Below are positions 11,314-19,797 of a stretch of DNA of 64,000 nucleotides, piece after piece. The stretch spans positions 64,001-128,000 of the forward strand of contig CBDFJQ010000002.1 of NCBI GenBank assembly GCA_965248575.1, given 5' to 3'. This DNA is from Planctomycetota bacterium (GTDB lineage Bacteria > Planctomycetota > B15-G4). The notes beneath the pieces are model-generated. The model saw only the letters and a list, made by a program, of their open reading frames with translations, did no database searches and had not been told where the DNA came from. A program made the position numbers and the translations under genes. The number at the start of each line of letters is the position of its first letter. Within the stretch, counting starts at the first letter, position 1.

Positions 11314-12032
11314 TGCGCGAGTGCCTCTTCTTGGATGGACTTCACACGCGCCAGGGCCGACTGGCCCATGGAGACCATTTCGCTCAGGTGCTCCACGCTG
11401 AAGGTGCCCTTCTCGGCACCGCCACCCATCTCGATCAGCTGGCCGCTGCCGGTCATGACAAGGTTCAGGTCGACATCGGCGGAGCTGTCCTCGTAGTAGC
11501 TGAGGTCGGCGCACAGGCCGCCATCGACGATGCCGATGCTGGTGGCCTGCAGGGAATCCTTGAGCGGCCAGTTCTTCAGCTCGCCCTGGTTCTTGAGCTC
11601 CATGAAGGCGTCGTGCACCGCGACATAGGCGCCGTTGATGCTGGTGGTGCGGGTGCCTCCGTCCGCGGCGAGTACATCGCAGTCCACCCAGACGGTGCGG
11701 CCCTTGATGGCCTTGCGATCCACCACGGCACGCAGTGCCCGGCCGATGAGGCGCTGGATCTCCACCGAGCGCCCGTCCACCCGGCCGCTGCGGTCACGCT
11801 GCTTGCGGGTGTCCGTGGAAGCAGGAAGCATGGAGTACTCGGCCGTAAGCCAGCCCTGGTCGCTGTTGCGCAGGAAGGCGGGCACGCCTTCGGTCACGAT
11901 GGCCGTGCAGAGCACCCGAGTGCGGCCCGAGTCCACCAGCACCGAGCCGGGGACGGAAGGCAGCCAGCGGCGAGTGAAATGGAGCGGCCGGATCTCGTGG
12001 GCCGCGCGGCCGTCGAGTCGAATGGTGGTCAT
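11310..12032 (-). CDS. rph: Ribonuclease PH
   Basis: GWLTAEYSMLP, GRSVEIQRLIGRALRA, DCDVLAADGGTRT, DLSYYEDS. Confidence 0.96.
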   Translation of the reverse strand: MTTIRLDGRAAHEIRPLHFTRRWLPSVPGSVLVDSGRTRVLCTAIVTEGVPAFLRNSDQGWLTAEYSMLPASTDTRKQRDRSGRVDGRSVEIQRLIGRALRAVVDRKAIKGRTVWVDCDVLAADGGTRTTSINGAYVAVHDAFMELKNQGELKNWPLKDSLQATSIGIVDGGLCADLSYYEDSSADVDLNLVMTGSGQLIEMGGGAEKGTFSVEHLSEMVSMGQSALARVKSIQEEALAQ

Positions 12033-12144
12033 AGGAGATGCTTCGTGAGGGCGTGGTCAGGACCAGCAAGTCGAGACGGCAAGGGGAATCCAACGAGTAT
12101 AGGTGCGCGCCCGCTCGGCGATCAACGCGCCGGAAGCCCTCCCA

Positions 12145-12885
12145 TCAGTCGGGGAGCAGCCGCACGTGCTCGCCGCGAGCCGTGCGGCCGTCGCTCAGGA
12201 CCAGATCTCCCTCGCTGGTGACGTCCTGGATCTCCACGTGCTCGGTCTCGCCGGACAGCTCAATCCGAACACGGCGTCCCCGAAGCCAGGAACGCTGCCG
12301 GTATTCCTGACCTGCCTGTTCGTCGCCAGGGCCCCCGATGTTCGACAACACCGTCGAGAGCTCCTCGAGCACCCGTGCCAGCAGGGCCTGGCGAGTGAGG
12401 GGGTCGGCAGACAGGCCGGCGTCCCCAGCCCGGGCGCTGAGGCTCTCGGGCAGGTCCCCAGCGGCCAGGGCGAGGTTGACCCCGAGGCCCACGACGAGCA
12501 GCTGCTCCTGTTTCGGGGAGGTCACGGACTCCACCAGCAGGCCGCCGATCTTGCGCTCCCCACGCATGAGGTCGTTCGGCCACTTGATGCGGATGTCCCG
12601 GCTGCCCAGGGCCTCGAGGGCACGGGCTGTAGCGACAGCTGCGAGCAGGGTGATGCGGCTGGGCCGAGGCAGCTCGGGGACGGCGATCACGATGCTCACG
12701 GCGAGCGAGCGCCCTGGAACGGTGATCCAGGTGGCGCCGCGCTGGCCCCGACCGGCGGTCTGCTCGTCGGCCACGACCACGACGCCCGGGCCTGCTTCGC
12801 CTGCTTCAACCAACCGGCGCGCCTCCGCGCTCGTGCTGTCGAGGCAGGCATGGTGCTGGATACTTTGGACCCTCTTCGTGGTCAT
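12145..12885 (-). CDS. birA: Biotin-protein ligase (no N-terminal HTH)
   Basis: LDSTS, QTAGRGQRG, IKWPNDL, RKIGGLL, GLGVN. Confidence 0.9.
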   Translation of the reverse strand: MTTKRVQSIQHHACLDSTSAEARRLVEAGEAGPGVVVVADEQTAGRGQRGATWITVPGRSLAVSIVIAVPELPRPSRITLLAAVATARALEALGSRDIRIKWPNDLMRGERKIGGLLVESVTSPKQEQLLVVGLGVNLALAAGDLPESLSARAGDAGLSADPLTRQALLARVLEELSTVLSNIGGPGDEQAGQEYRQRSWLRGRRVRIELSGETEHVEIQDVTSEGDLVLSDGRTARGEHVRLLPD

Positions 12886-12941
12886 GGATGGGATGGTAGC
12901 CCACCTCGGGCAGCACAGACCGTTATCCTCCTGGCCGCCCG

Positions 12942-13406
12942 ATGAAACTGCCCGCAGCCCCTCCATCGACGGAACACACCGGCCCGCGCCCTGCGCGTTG
13001 GCTATGGCTGCTTCTGGGCTTCGTGTGTCTCGGCTTGGGAGCGCTCGGGGTGCTCTTGCCGCTCTTGCCCACGACTCCCTTCGTGTTGCTCGCGGCGGCC
13101 TGCTTCGCCCGGGGTCACGAGGGATTCCTGCAGTGGCTGTTGCAGCATCAGGTGTTCGGCCCGAGCCTGCGGGCCTGGCGCGCACGGCATGCCCTACCGC
13201 CCAGGGTCAAACCGAAGGCCATCTCCCTGGTGGTGGTGACCATCGGCGTGTCGGTCTGGATGCTCGAGCACCCCTGGGGCCGCGCGGCGGCGGCGGGCAT
13301 GGGCGTCGCCCTGGTCATCTTCCTCGCGCGTCTGCCGGTCTGGGATGAGCGGCAGGGGCAGGGCGAGGGAACAGTCGAGGGGCTGCCGGGCGCCGAGCGG
13401 CCCTAG
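12942..13406 (+). CDS. ybaN: YbaN/DUF454 family membrane protein
   Basis: GALGVLLPLLPTTPFVLLAAACFAR...WLLQH..FGP. Confidence 0.85.
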   Translation: MKLPAAPPSTEHTGPRPARWLWLLLGFVCLGLGALGVLLPLLPTTPFVLLAAACFARGHEGFLQWLLQHQVFGPSLRAWRARHALPPRVKPKAISLVVVTIGVSVWMLEHPWGRAAAAGMGVALVIFLARLPVWDERQGQGEGTVEGLPGAERP

Positions 13407-13446
13407 GGCGCCGGCGCAAAACGGGCCGGTGCGAGAGACGCGCAGC

Positions 13447-13499
13447 CATTTCCGGGGCGTCAGCCCCCGCAGATCCCACAGGCATCTGCCCCGGAAATG
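13447..13499. terminator. Inverted repeat between convergent ybaN and fliA; possible terminator or stem-loop
   Basis: Perfect 12-bp IR CATTTCCGGGGC / GCCCCGGAAATG; no clean U-tract. Confidence 0.4.
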
Positions 13500-13665
13500 A
13501 CGTGCGCAAAAACACGCCTCGTGCTGTGAGCCGATGGGCGGGAAACACCCCACGCGCTCCCGCGCAACACCTCTTGCTCGCAGCGGCACTTCTCGAATGA
13601 CGTCGCGCTTGCCCGGTCGCTGAACCCGCCCTCCCACAGCCGGATTCAGCAGGGCAGCGCAGTCA

Positions 13666-14760
13666 TCAAACGACCAACTGTTCGTGGCTCTCTTCGAGAT
13701 GCAGCTTCAGCTTCTTCATGACGTTGCTGTGGATCTGGCACACGCGCGATTCGGTCAGGCCCATCAGGCCGCCGATCTGCTTCATGGTCAGACCATCTCG
13801 GTAGTACATGAGGATGATCTCCTTCTCGCGCTTGTTGAGCGAGCGGATGATCGCCTTCATGACGTCTTCCTGGTTCAGGACGTCCGCCGGATCGGGGGAG
13901 CTGGGGTCCTTCAGGAAATCGATCTTCTCCACCGGCTGATCACCGGAGCCGTCATCCCAGGATTCGGAGAGGGAACGCACGGTGTGCGCCCGTGCCTCTT
14001 CGGTCATGGCGATGTAGACGTGCACGGTGACCTGCATCTCGTCCGCCATCTCGGCGTCCGTGGGCAGGCGGCCGTGGCGCGCTTCGAGTGCGGCCTGGGT
14101 GCGGGTCAACTGGTGGGCGCGCAGGCGCACCAGGCGCGGGACCCAGTCCTGGCTGCGCAGCTCGTCGAGGATGGCGCCACGCACACGGGTGCTGCAGTAG
14201 GTCTTGAACTTGATGGCGCGGTCGATGTCGAAGCCATCGATGGCATCCATGAGGCCGAAGATGCCGGCGCTCTTGAGGTCGTCCACCTCGATGCTGCGGG
14301 GGAGGGTCAGCAGCAGGCGCTCGGCAATGAAGTGCACCACGGGCAGGTACATCTCCATGAGCTGATTGCGGATGGCGGGGTTGTGGGTCTTCGCGTACTC
14401 CCGCCAGAGCTGTTCGTTCTCGCCGCCGATCTCTCCGAAGACGCGCTTGCGCTTGGCCGGGGCCTTCGCGGCCGCCTTCTTGGCGGCGGCACTCCGGGAG
14501 GCCTTGGCGGTGGTCTTGGAGGCAGTCTTCTGCGTCACGGACGGGATCAGCTTGGCTGCGGGCTTGGCGGCCTTCTTGGCAGCAGCCTTTACGGCCGGCT
14601 TCGCAGCACTCTTGGCGGCGGTCTTGGCCTTCGCAGTGCTCTTGGCGGGGGTCTTGGTGACCCGCTTGCTGGCCGCTGCGGTGGTCTTGCGGGTGGCCTT
14701 GGGAGTGGCCTTGGTGCGGGTGGTCTTGCGGGTCTTCGGTGCGGACTTCGTGGCTGGCAT
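13666..14760 (-). CDS. fliA: FliA/WhiG (sigma-28) family RNA polymerase sigma factor with ~105-aa Lys/Ala/Thr-rich N-terminal extension
   Basis: DDLKSAGIFGLMDAIDGFD, KFKTYCSTRVRGAILDELRSQDWVPR, LTMKQIG..MGLTESRVCQIH; ATG 14760 after AGGAG. Confidence 0.9.
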   Translation of the reverse strand: MPATKSAPKTRKTTRTKATPKATRKTTAAASKRVTKTPAKSTAKAKTAAKSAAKPAVKAAAKKAAKPAAKLIPSVTQKTASKTTAKASRSAAAKKAAAKAPAKRKRVFGEIGGENEQLWREYAKTHNPAIRNQLMEMYLPVVHFIAERLLLTLPRSIEVDDLKSAGIFGLMDAIDGFDIDRAIKFKTYCSTRVRGAILDELRSQDWVPRLVRLRAHQLTRTQAALEARHGRLPTDAEMADEMQVTVHVYIAMTEEARAHTVRSLSESWDDGSGDQPVEKIDFLKDPSSPDPADVLNQEDVMKAIIRSLNKREKEIILMYYRDGLTMKQIGGLMGLTESRVCQIHSNVMKKLKLHLEESHEQLVV

Positions 14761-14780
14761 CTGCAGCAATCTCCTGGTTG

Positions 14781-14866
14781 TCGGCAACTGGCTACCCGGT
14801 CGGCGCGTGGGGACGGCCGGGCCCTTTAGCTTTGCGTCCCGCCCTTACGAGCGGTTTGCCCTGCCT
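14781..14866 (-). promoter_or_regulatory. c-di-GMP-I (GEMM) riboswitch in the fliA 5' leader
   Basis: Minus strand CAGGGCAAA-CCGCTC-GTAA-GGGCGG-GACGCAAAGCT...GGGC-CCGG...CCGG-GTAGCCAGTTGCCGA matches the GEMM consensus; ends 5 nt before the AGGAG RBS. Confidence 0.88.
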
Positions 14867-14910
14867 GTCATCGGTCTCCGCAGAGGTCGATGTCAGCGAC
14901 AGCAGGAATG

Positions 14911-14937
14911 TCATCGGTGCAAGGTGTACAAACTGTA
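14911..14937 (-). promoter_or_regulatory. Sigma-28-type promoter upstream of fliA
   Basis: Minus strand TACAGTTT-N11-ACCGATGA versus consensus TAAAGTTT-N11-GCCGATAA (7/8 and 6/8 matches, exact spacing). Confidence 0.65.
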
Positions 14938-15179
14938 CAAGCAGCGCGACCCAGCCCGGAGAGGCGGTCGGCACTGGATAGGTCCGATGAAGATCAATCC
15001 CGCGACGATTTTGGCGTCGTGGTCTGGGATCGGACAAACGCCCCCAGGACTTGAGGGCGGACCGGTGGCCCTGGAAAAAAAGTCAGCGCACGCCCTCAAG
15101 CGAAGGCGGGCCATCGAGCCTTGCCCCACGGCTGGCTGGGGTCTGGGCAGGAGGAAGGGCGCCGGGCGCCCGCCCACGA

Positions 15180-15728
15180 TCAGGAGGGGACGCTGGCGGG
15201 CTTCGTGAGGTTGGTCTCGCCGAAGTAGCCCTCGGCAAAACCGAGGAACTGCGCCTCGATGAACTGTTCCAGCTCTTCCCGACCCGAATCGTCCATGGTC
15301 GTGGCGTGGCTGTGGGTCTCGAGGTCCCGGTTCCGGATGGTCTTGCGGCACTGGATGCCGAAGGTCTTGTCGTTGCTGTGGGGGTCGAGCAGGAACATCA
15401 GGCGCGAGAAGTAGCTGCCGATCTGCCCGTCGCCGTCGATGAGACGCTCGTCGGAGCGCAGGGCGAGCATGTACTTGCCCTCGAAGAACCCCCGGGTGAG
15501 CGCGAAACCAGGCGCCTCGGTGAGGAAGTTGTCGACGAAGTCGTCGATCACGGATTCCAGCTGCTCGCGATAGTCGAAAGCGGCCACGGTGAGCAGAGAA
15601 CGCTGAATGTCAGCCGCAGAGCGGACCTTATGGGAGGCCTCACTGCGCTTCTGGCTGGCATCGCGAATCTGCTTCAACTTGTCACGGAAGCGATTCGTCA
15701 TAGGGATGCTCGTCTTGGAGGAGGTCAT
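15180..15728 (-). CDS. Hypothetical protein
   Basis: Open frame with high GC3 and globular composition; start uncertain (15728 or 15701). Confidence 0.7.
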   Translation of the reverse strand: MTSSKTSIPMTNRFRDKLKQIRDASQKRSEASHKVRSAADIQRSLLTVAAFDYREQLESVIDDFVDNFLTEAPGFALTRGFFEGKYMLALRSDERLIDGDGQIGSYFSRLMFLLDPHSNDKTFGIQCRKTIRNRDLETHSHATTMDDSGREELEQFIEAQFLGFAEGYFGETNLTKPASVPS

Positions 15729-15744
15729 ACTGGGCTCAACGCAT

Positions 15745-15771
15745 CTATCGGCATGGGGGAGGGATGTGTGA
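15745..15771 (-). promoter_or_regulatory. Possible second sigma-28-type promoter
   Basis: Minus strand TCAC-N15-GCCGATAG just upstream of the hypothetical gene; -10 is 7/8, -35 is weak. Confidence 0.3.
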
Positions 15772-15907
15772 GAGAAGAATACGTCGGGCTTTTTGATAGG
15801 CAAGGAGAGCCGAAATTCGGGCCCGAATCGCCGATTGCTGCCTCAGCAGAGGGGCTCGTCCTTCGAAGTTTTGTCGGGCGAGGGCGTTTCACGACGGAAA
15901 CGGAAGC

Positions 15908-16426
15908 TCAGCTGTAGCGCAGAAGTGCCCTCACGTCACGATCCCCTAGCCGTTCTGCCCAGGGAATGAAGTCGAGGGCGATGATGAACCCGAGAGCCGA
16001 GACCTTCGCCCCTAGTTGTTCCACCAACTCGCAGGCCGCCGTGGCCGTTCCGCCCGTGGCAATGAGGTCATCCACGACGATGATCGACTGGCCGCTTTGC
16101 ACGGCATCGCTGTGCATCTCCACCTTGTCCGTACCGTATTCGAGGGAGTACTCACGGGAGACGACGTCGTAGGGCAGCTTGCCGGGCTTGCGGATGGGCA
16201 CGAAGCCCACATCCATGACCATGGCGAGCGCGGCTCCGAACAGGAAGCCACGGGATTCGATGCCCACGATGGCGTCGCAGGCCACGCCGTCCAGCGCCAG
16301 AGCCAATTGCTCGATACTGGCGCGGAAGGCCTTGCTGTTGCCCAGCAAGGGCGTGATGTCCTTGAAGACGATGCCCGGTTTGGGGAAGTCCGGGATGTCG
16401 CGGATGTAGTCTTCGAGGTTGGTCAT
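15908..16426 (-). CDS. apt: Adenine phosphoribosyltransferase
   Basis: IPDFPKPGIVFKDITPLL, GIESRGF, RKPGKLP, YSLEYG, VDDLIATGGT. Confidence 0.96.
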   Translation of the reverse strand: MTNLEDYIRDIPDFPKPGIVFKDITPLLGNSKAFRASIEQLALALDGVACDAIVGIESRGFLFGAALAMVMDVGFVPIRKPGKLPYDVVSREYSLEYGTDKVEMHSDAVQSGQSIIVVDDLIATGGTATAACELVEQLGAKVSALGFIIALDFIPWAERLGDRDVRALLRYS

Positions 16427-16438
16427 CGTTCTGAGGTC

Positions 16439-16486
16439 CAGGTCTGGAAACAGGTTTGGAGGTGGGTTTGGAGAGAGGATTGGGGA
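16439..16486. repeat. Degenerate 12-bp tandem repeat x4 in the argS-apt spacer
   Basis: CAGGTCTGGAAA / CAGGTTTGGAGG / TGGGTTTGGAGA / GAGGATTGGGGA. Confidence 0.55.
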
Positions 16487-16538
16487 CTGACAGCTGGAGA
16501 GTACCCCGACCCGGGGCCGCCATCACGTCCGGGCGGCA

Positions 16539-18287
16539 TCACATACGGGAGGGGACGGGGATGCCGAGCCAGCCCAAGCCATTGCAGAGGGCCTGGCGGA
16601 CGCAGTGCGCCAGCAGGATGCGCGCGTCCGTGAGTGGCTCGTCGTCCGAAAGCACCTTCCACTCACGGTTGCTGTACAGGGTGCTGAAGAGCGAAGCGAT
16701 GTCGAGCAGCTTGTCCGAAACGAGTGAGGGCTCGCAGGCCGAGATGCCGCGCTTCAGGGCCTCGGAGAGCTCGGACAGAGCGACGATCAACGCCAGCTCG
16801 CCGGGGCCATCCAGCAGCTGGTAGTCGACGTCGGCAGAGAGGGCCTGGCCGCCGCGGCTCTCGGCGAAGCGCGCCTCCATGGACGCGATGCGCGCCGCTG
16901 TGTACTGCAGGTAGGGGCCCGTCTCGCCATCGAAGGCCAGGACCTCGTCCCAAGCAAAGGTGACGTCGCGTACCCGACGGTTCTTGAGGTCGTTGAACAC
17001 GACGGCGCCGACCCCGATGCGGTGGGCCAGGTCGTCGATATCCTCGGGGATGGGACGCCCCTTGTCTTCGGCACCCTGGAGGATGGTCTGCTTGGCGCGT
17101 TCGCTGGCCTGCTCGAGCACATCGCGCAGCGGAACGATGTCGCCCTTGCGCGTGCTCATCTTGCGGTCCTTGAAGCGCATCAGACCGAAAGGCACATGCT
17201 CGATGGTGCTGTGCCATGGGCGCTCCATGAGTTCGAGCACCTTGCTCATCTGGGCGAAGTGCAGGGCTTGGGAGCCGCCCACGACGTAGAGCGAGCGCAC
17301 GAAGTCGTAGGCTTCCTTTCGGAAGCCGGCCGACGCCAGGTCGCGCGTGAGGTAGAGCGTCGACCCGTCTGCCTTGCGCACCAAGGCTGTGCCCAGGTCG
17401 TAGGGCTCCAGATCAACGACCGTCGCCCCCTCGCTCTGCTTCAGCAGGCCGCGCGCTTCCAGTTCATCCAGCACCGCGGGCATGAGGTCTTCATAGAAGC
17501 TCTCGCCACGCATGTCGTCGAACTGGATGCCCAGCATCTTGTAGACGCGCTCGAACTCATCCAGCGAGACCTTGCGGAACAGGGCCCACAGCCGTCGGGC
17601 TTCCGGGTCACCGTCTTCCAGGGACTTGAACTTCGCACGGGCACGGTCCTGCAGGCTCGGGTCCTGCTCCTTGGATTCGTTGAACTCGACATAGAGTTCG
17701 AGCAGGTAGGCGATGCCCCGCTCGCGGAGTTGCTCTTCGTCGCCCTTGTCCTCCCAGATGCTGAGCAGCTGGCCGAACTGGGTCCCCCAGTCACCGAGGT
17801 GGTTGATGCCGATGGGCTTGTAGCCCGCGGCCTCCAACATCTTGACCAGTGCATGACCGATGACCGTCGAGCGCAGGTGATGGATGCCGAAGCTCTTGGC
17901 GATGTTGGGGGAGGAGAAATCCACCGTGACCGCACGCCCCTTGCCTTCATCGAGGCAGCCGAACCCGTCCCCTTGTTCGAGCGCCTGCGGCAGCACGTCC
18001 TTCGCGACCTGCTCTCCGTCCAGGAAGACGTTCACGTAGGGGCCAGCAGCCATGACCTTCAGCATGCTGCCACCGGCGAGGGCATCTCTTTCCTCCAGCG
18101 CTGCCACCAGTTCGGCGGCGATGGCGGGCGGTGCCTGTCGACGCGTCTTGGCCAGTTGGAAGCAGGGGAACGCCAGCTGGCCCATGTCGGGGCGCGGGGG
18201 CGTGCCCATGAGCGCTTCCACCTCGTCCACCGGAAGCTCAACCAGGGGGGCCAAGGCTTCGGCAAAGGGTCGGGCAAAACGGCTCAT
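16539..18287 (-). CDS. argS: Arginine-tRNA ligase
   Basis: DFSSPNIAKSFGIHHLRS (HIGH-like), NHLGDWGTQFG, KMSTRKG, GETGPYLQY, C-terminal RM. Confidence 0.96.
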   Translation of the reverse strand: MSRFARPFAEALAPLVELPVDEVEALMGTPPRPDMGQLAFPCFQLAKTRRQAPPAIAAELVAALEERDALAGGSMLKVMAAGPYVNVFLDGEQVAKDVLPQALEQGDGFGCLDEGKGRAVTVDFSSPNIAKSFGIHHLRSTVIGHALVKMLEAAGYKPIGINHLGDWGTQFGQLLSIWEDKGDEEQLRERGIAYLLELYVEFNESKEQDPSLQDRARAKFKSLEDGDPEARRLWALFRKVSLDEFERVYKMLGIQFDDMRGESFYEDLMPAVLDELEARGLLKQSEGATVVDLEPYDLGTALVRKADGSTLYLTRDLASAGFRKEAYDFVRSLYVVGGSQALHFAQMSKVLELMERPWHSTIEHVPFGLMRFKDRKMSTRKGDIVPLRDVLEQASERAKQTILQGAEDKGRPIPEDIDDLAHRIGVGAVVFNDLKNRRVRDVTFAWDEVLAFDGETGPYLQYTAARIASMEARFAESRGGQALSADVDYQLLDGPGELALIVALSELSEALKRGISACEPSLVSDKLLDIASLFSTLYSNREWKVLSDDEPLTDARILLAHCVRQALCNGLGWLGIPVPSRM

Positions 18288-18328
18288 GACGAGGTTCCGG
18301 TGGGCGTACGAAAGACGGGCCGGGCATC

Positions 18329-19786
18329 CTAGCGACCGGGCGTGACGTCTTGCGAGGGCAGGAGTTGCAGCAGTCGCTGGCCCGCATCGCGCAGCTGCCC
18401 GTCAGGCCGTTGCAGGCCCAGGGTGCGCCCGCGGTCATGCCAACTGTCGATCAGAACGGCCTCGATGGCAGCGTCCGCGGCGGCCCGTTGCAGGCAGCCC
18501 TCCAGGAATCGTTCTTGGGCCCGCTCGCCCACAGCCAGCGGCGAGCAACCCGCAGCGAGGATCCACCAGCGGGGCGGTTGCTCCAGGCTTGCCCTCCACT
18601 GGCGCCAGGTCTCCAGCACCACATCCGCCAACTTGGCTCCTCGTTGCTCGGGATGCTCGCTGTTGTCGCCGCCAGGTTCGAGGCGCGGGCCCATGATGTC
18701 CACGAGCGGTGCCAGGCTGTGGAAGAGCTCCCGGCTCCGTTCGCCGTGCCCCCTGAGTCGGATGGCAATGGCCGTTTCCGGGCTGACCTCCCGGATGCGG
18801 GTGCTCGCCGCCGTCACGCGCCGTTCCCAGTCCTGCGACAGGGCCTGGCCCCCAAAGTAGAGCGTGGCCTCGGCGTCGGGCTCCGGAAACGGCAGCATGA
18901 CCTGGGGCCGGAGCCGTGCGGCCAAGCGCACCGCACCGTCCACGAACACACGTTCGCAGTCGTCGGGCGACGGGCAGGAGAAGTGCCAGGAATCCGGGGC
19001 ACGCAGTTGAACCACCAGCGGCCGCTGCTCGTCTCCGGGAAGCCCCTCGCCGTCGTGGTCGGCGGGCAAGACCCAGACCGCCAGGCGTCCGGGTGCGTCG
19101 GAGACAGGCAGGTCCCGCTGCGGGCGGGTCATGACGCCCAAGGCGACCCGGGCGGGGAGCCGACCTTCGACCCGCGCCTCATCCGAGAACGTGTACAAAA
19201 CGCGTTCGGCCGAGCTGTGGAAGGCCACCAGCAACACGGCACCGAAGGCGGCGAGACTGGCGGGCGGCAGCGCTCCCAGCACTCCCAGCAGGCTTCGGGG
19301 TTCTGCCCGCCGAAGCAGGAAGGGCAGGTGCCAACACAAGGTCCAGCTCTGCGCGAAGGGTGAGCCCAGCAAGACCTGCAGGACGGAGTAGTCGTAGAGC
19401 AGCACCTCTGACGAGTGGTCCAGCAGGACCCCCGAGAGGGAGAGGTCGGCCACGGCCAGGGCTCCTCCCACCCCAAGATTGAAGAACAGGAAAGGCACGT
19501 CCGTGAGCCGGAGCTTGCGGTGCATGAGCACGTGCACGTTCTGGATCAGCGCCGCCAGGAAGCTGAGAGGAAAGAGATGGCGGACCAGATCACCGGTCAC
19601 CCAGGCGGCACCTTGCGGAACCAGGCGATCCCGCACGAGAACGGCCGTCAGAAGGAGGAGCAGGGGGATCCACAGCCAGCGGGACCACGGCCGTCGTTGC
19701 TCCTCAGCTCGTCGACCCAGGGCCGCGAGGTTCCAGGTCAGGGCGATGGCCAGATAGACCAGGAAGACGAGGTGTGCTGTGAACAC
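18329..19786 (-). CDS. Hypothetical multi-pass membrane protein with C-terminal soluble domain
   Basis: About 6 TM segments in first ~190 aa, then a soluble domain ending SWHD...LGLQRPDG. Confidence 0.65.
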   Translation of the reverse strand: MFTAHLVFLVYLAIALTWNLAALGRRAEEQRRPWSRWLWIPLLLLLTAVLVRDRLVPQGAAWVTGDLVRHLFPLSFLAALIQNVHVLMHRKLRLTDVPFLFFNLGVGGALAVADLSLSGVLLDHSSEVLLYDYSVLQVLLGSPFAQSWTLCWHLPFLLRRAEPRSLLGVLGALPPASLAAFGAVLLVAFHSSAERVLYTFSDEARVEGRLPARVALGVMTRPQRDLPVSDAPGRLAVWVLPADHDGEGLPGDEQRPLVVQLRAPDSWHFSCPSPDDCERVFVDGAVRLAARLRPQVMLPFPEPDAEATLYFGGQALSQDWERRVTAASTRIREVSPETAIAIRLRGHGERSRELFHSLAPLVDIMGPRLEPGGDNSEHPEQRGAKLADVVLETWRQWRASLEQPPRWWILAAGCSPLAVGERAQERFLEGCLQRAAADAAIEAVLIDSWHDRGRTLGLQRPDGQLRDAGQRLLQLLPSQDVTPGR

Positions 19787-19797
19787 GGGGTGGGTGC

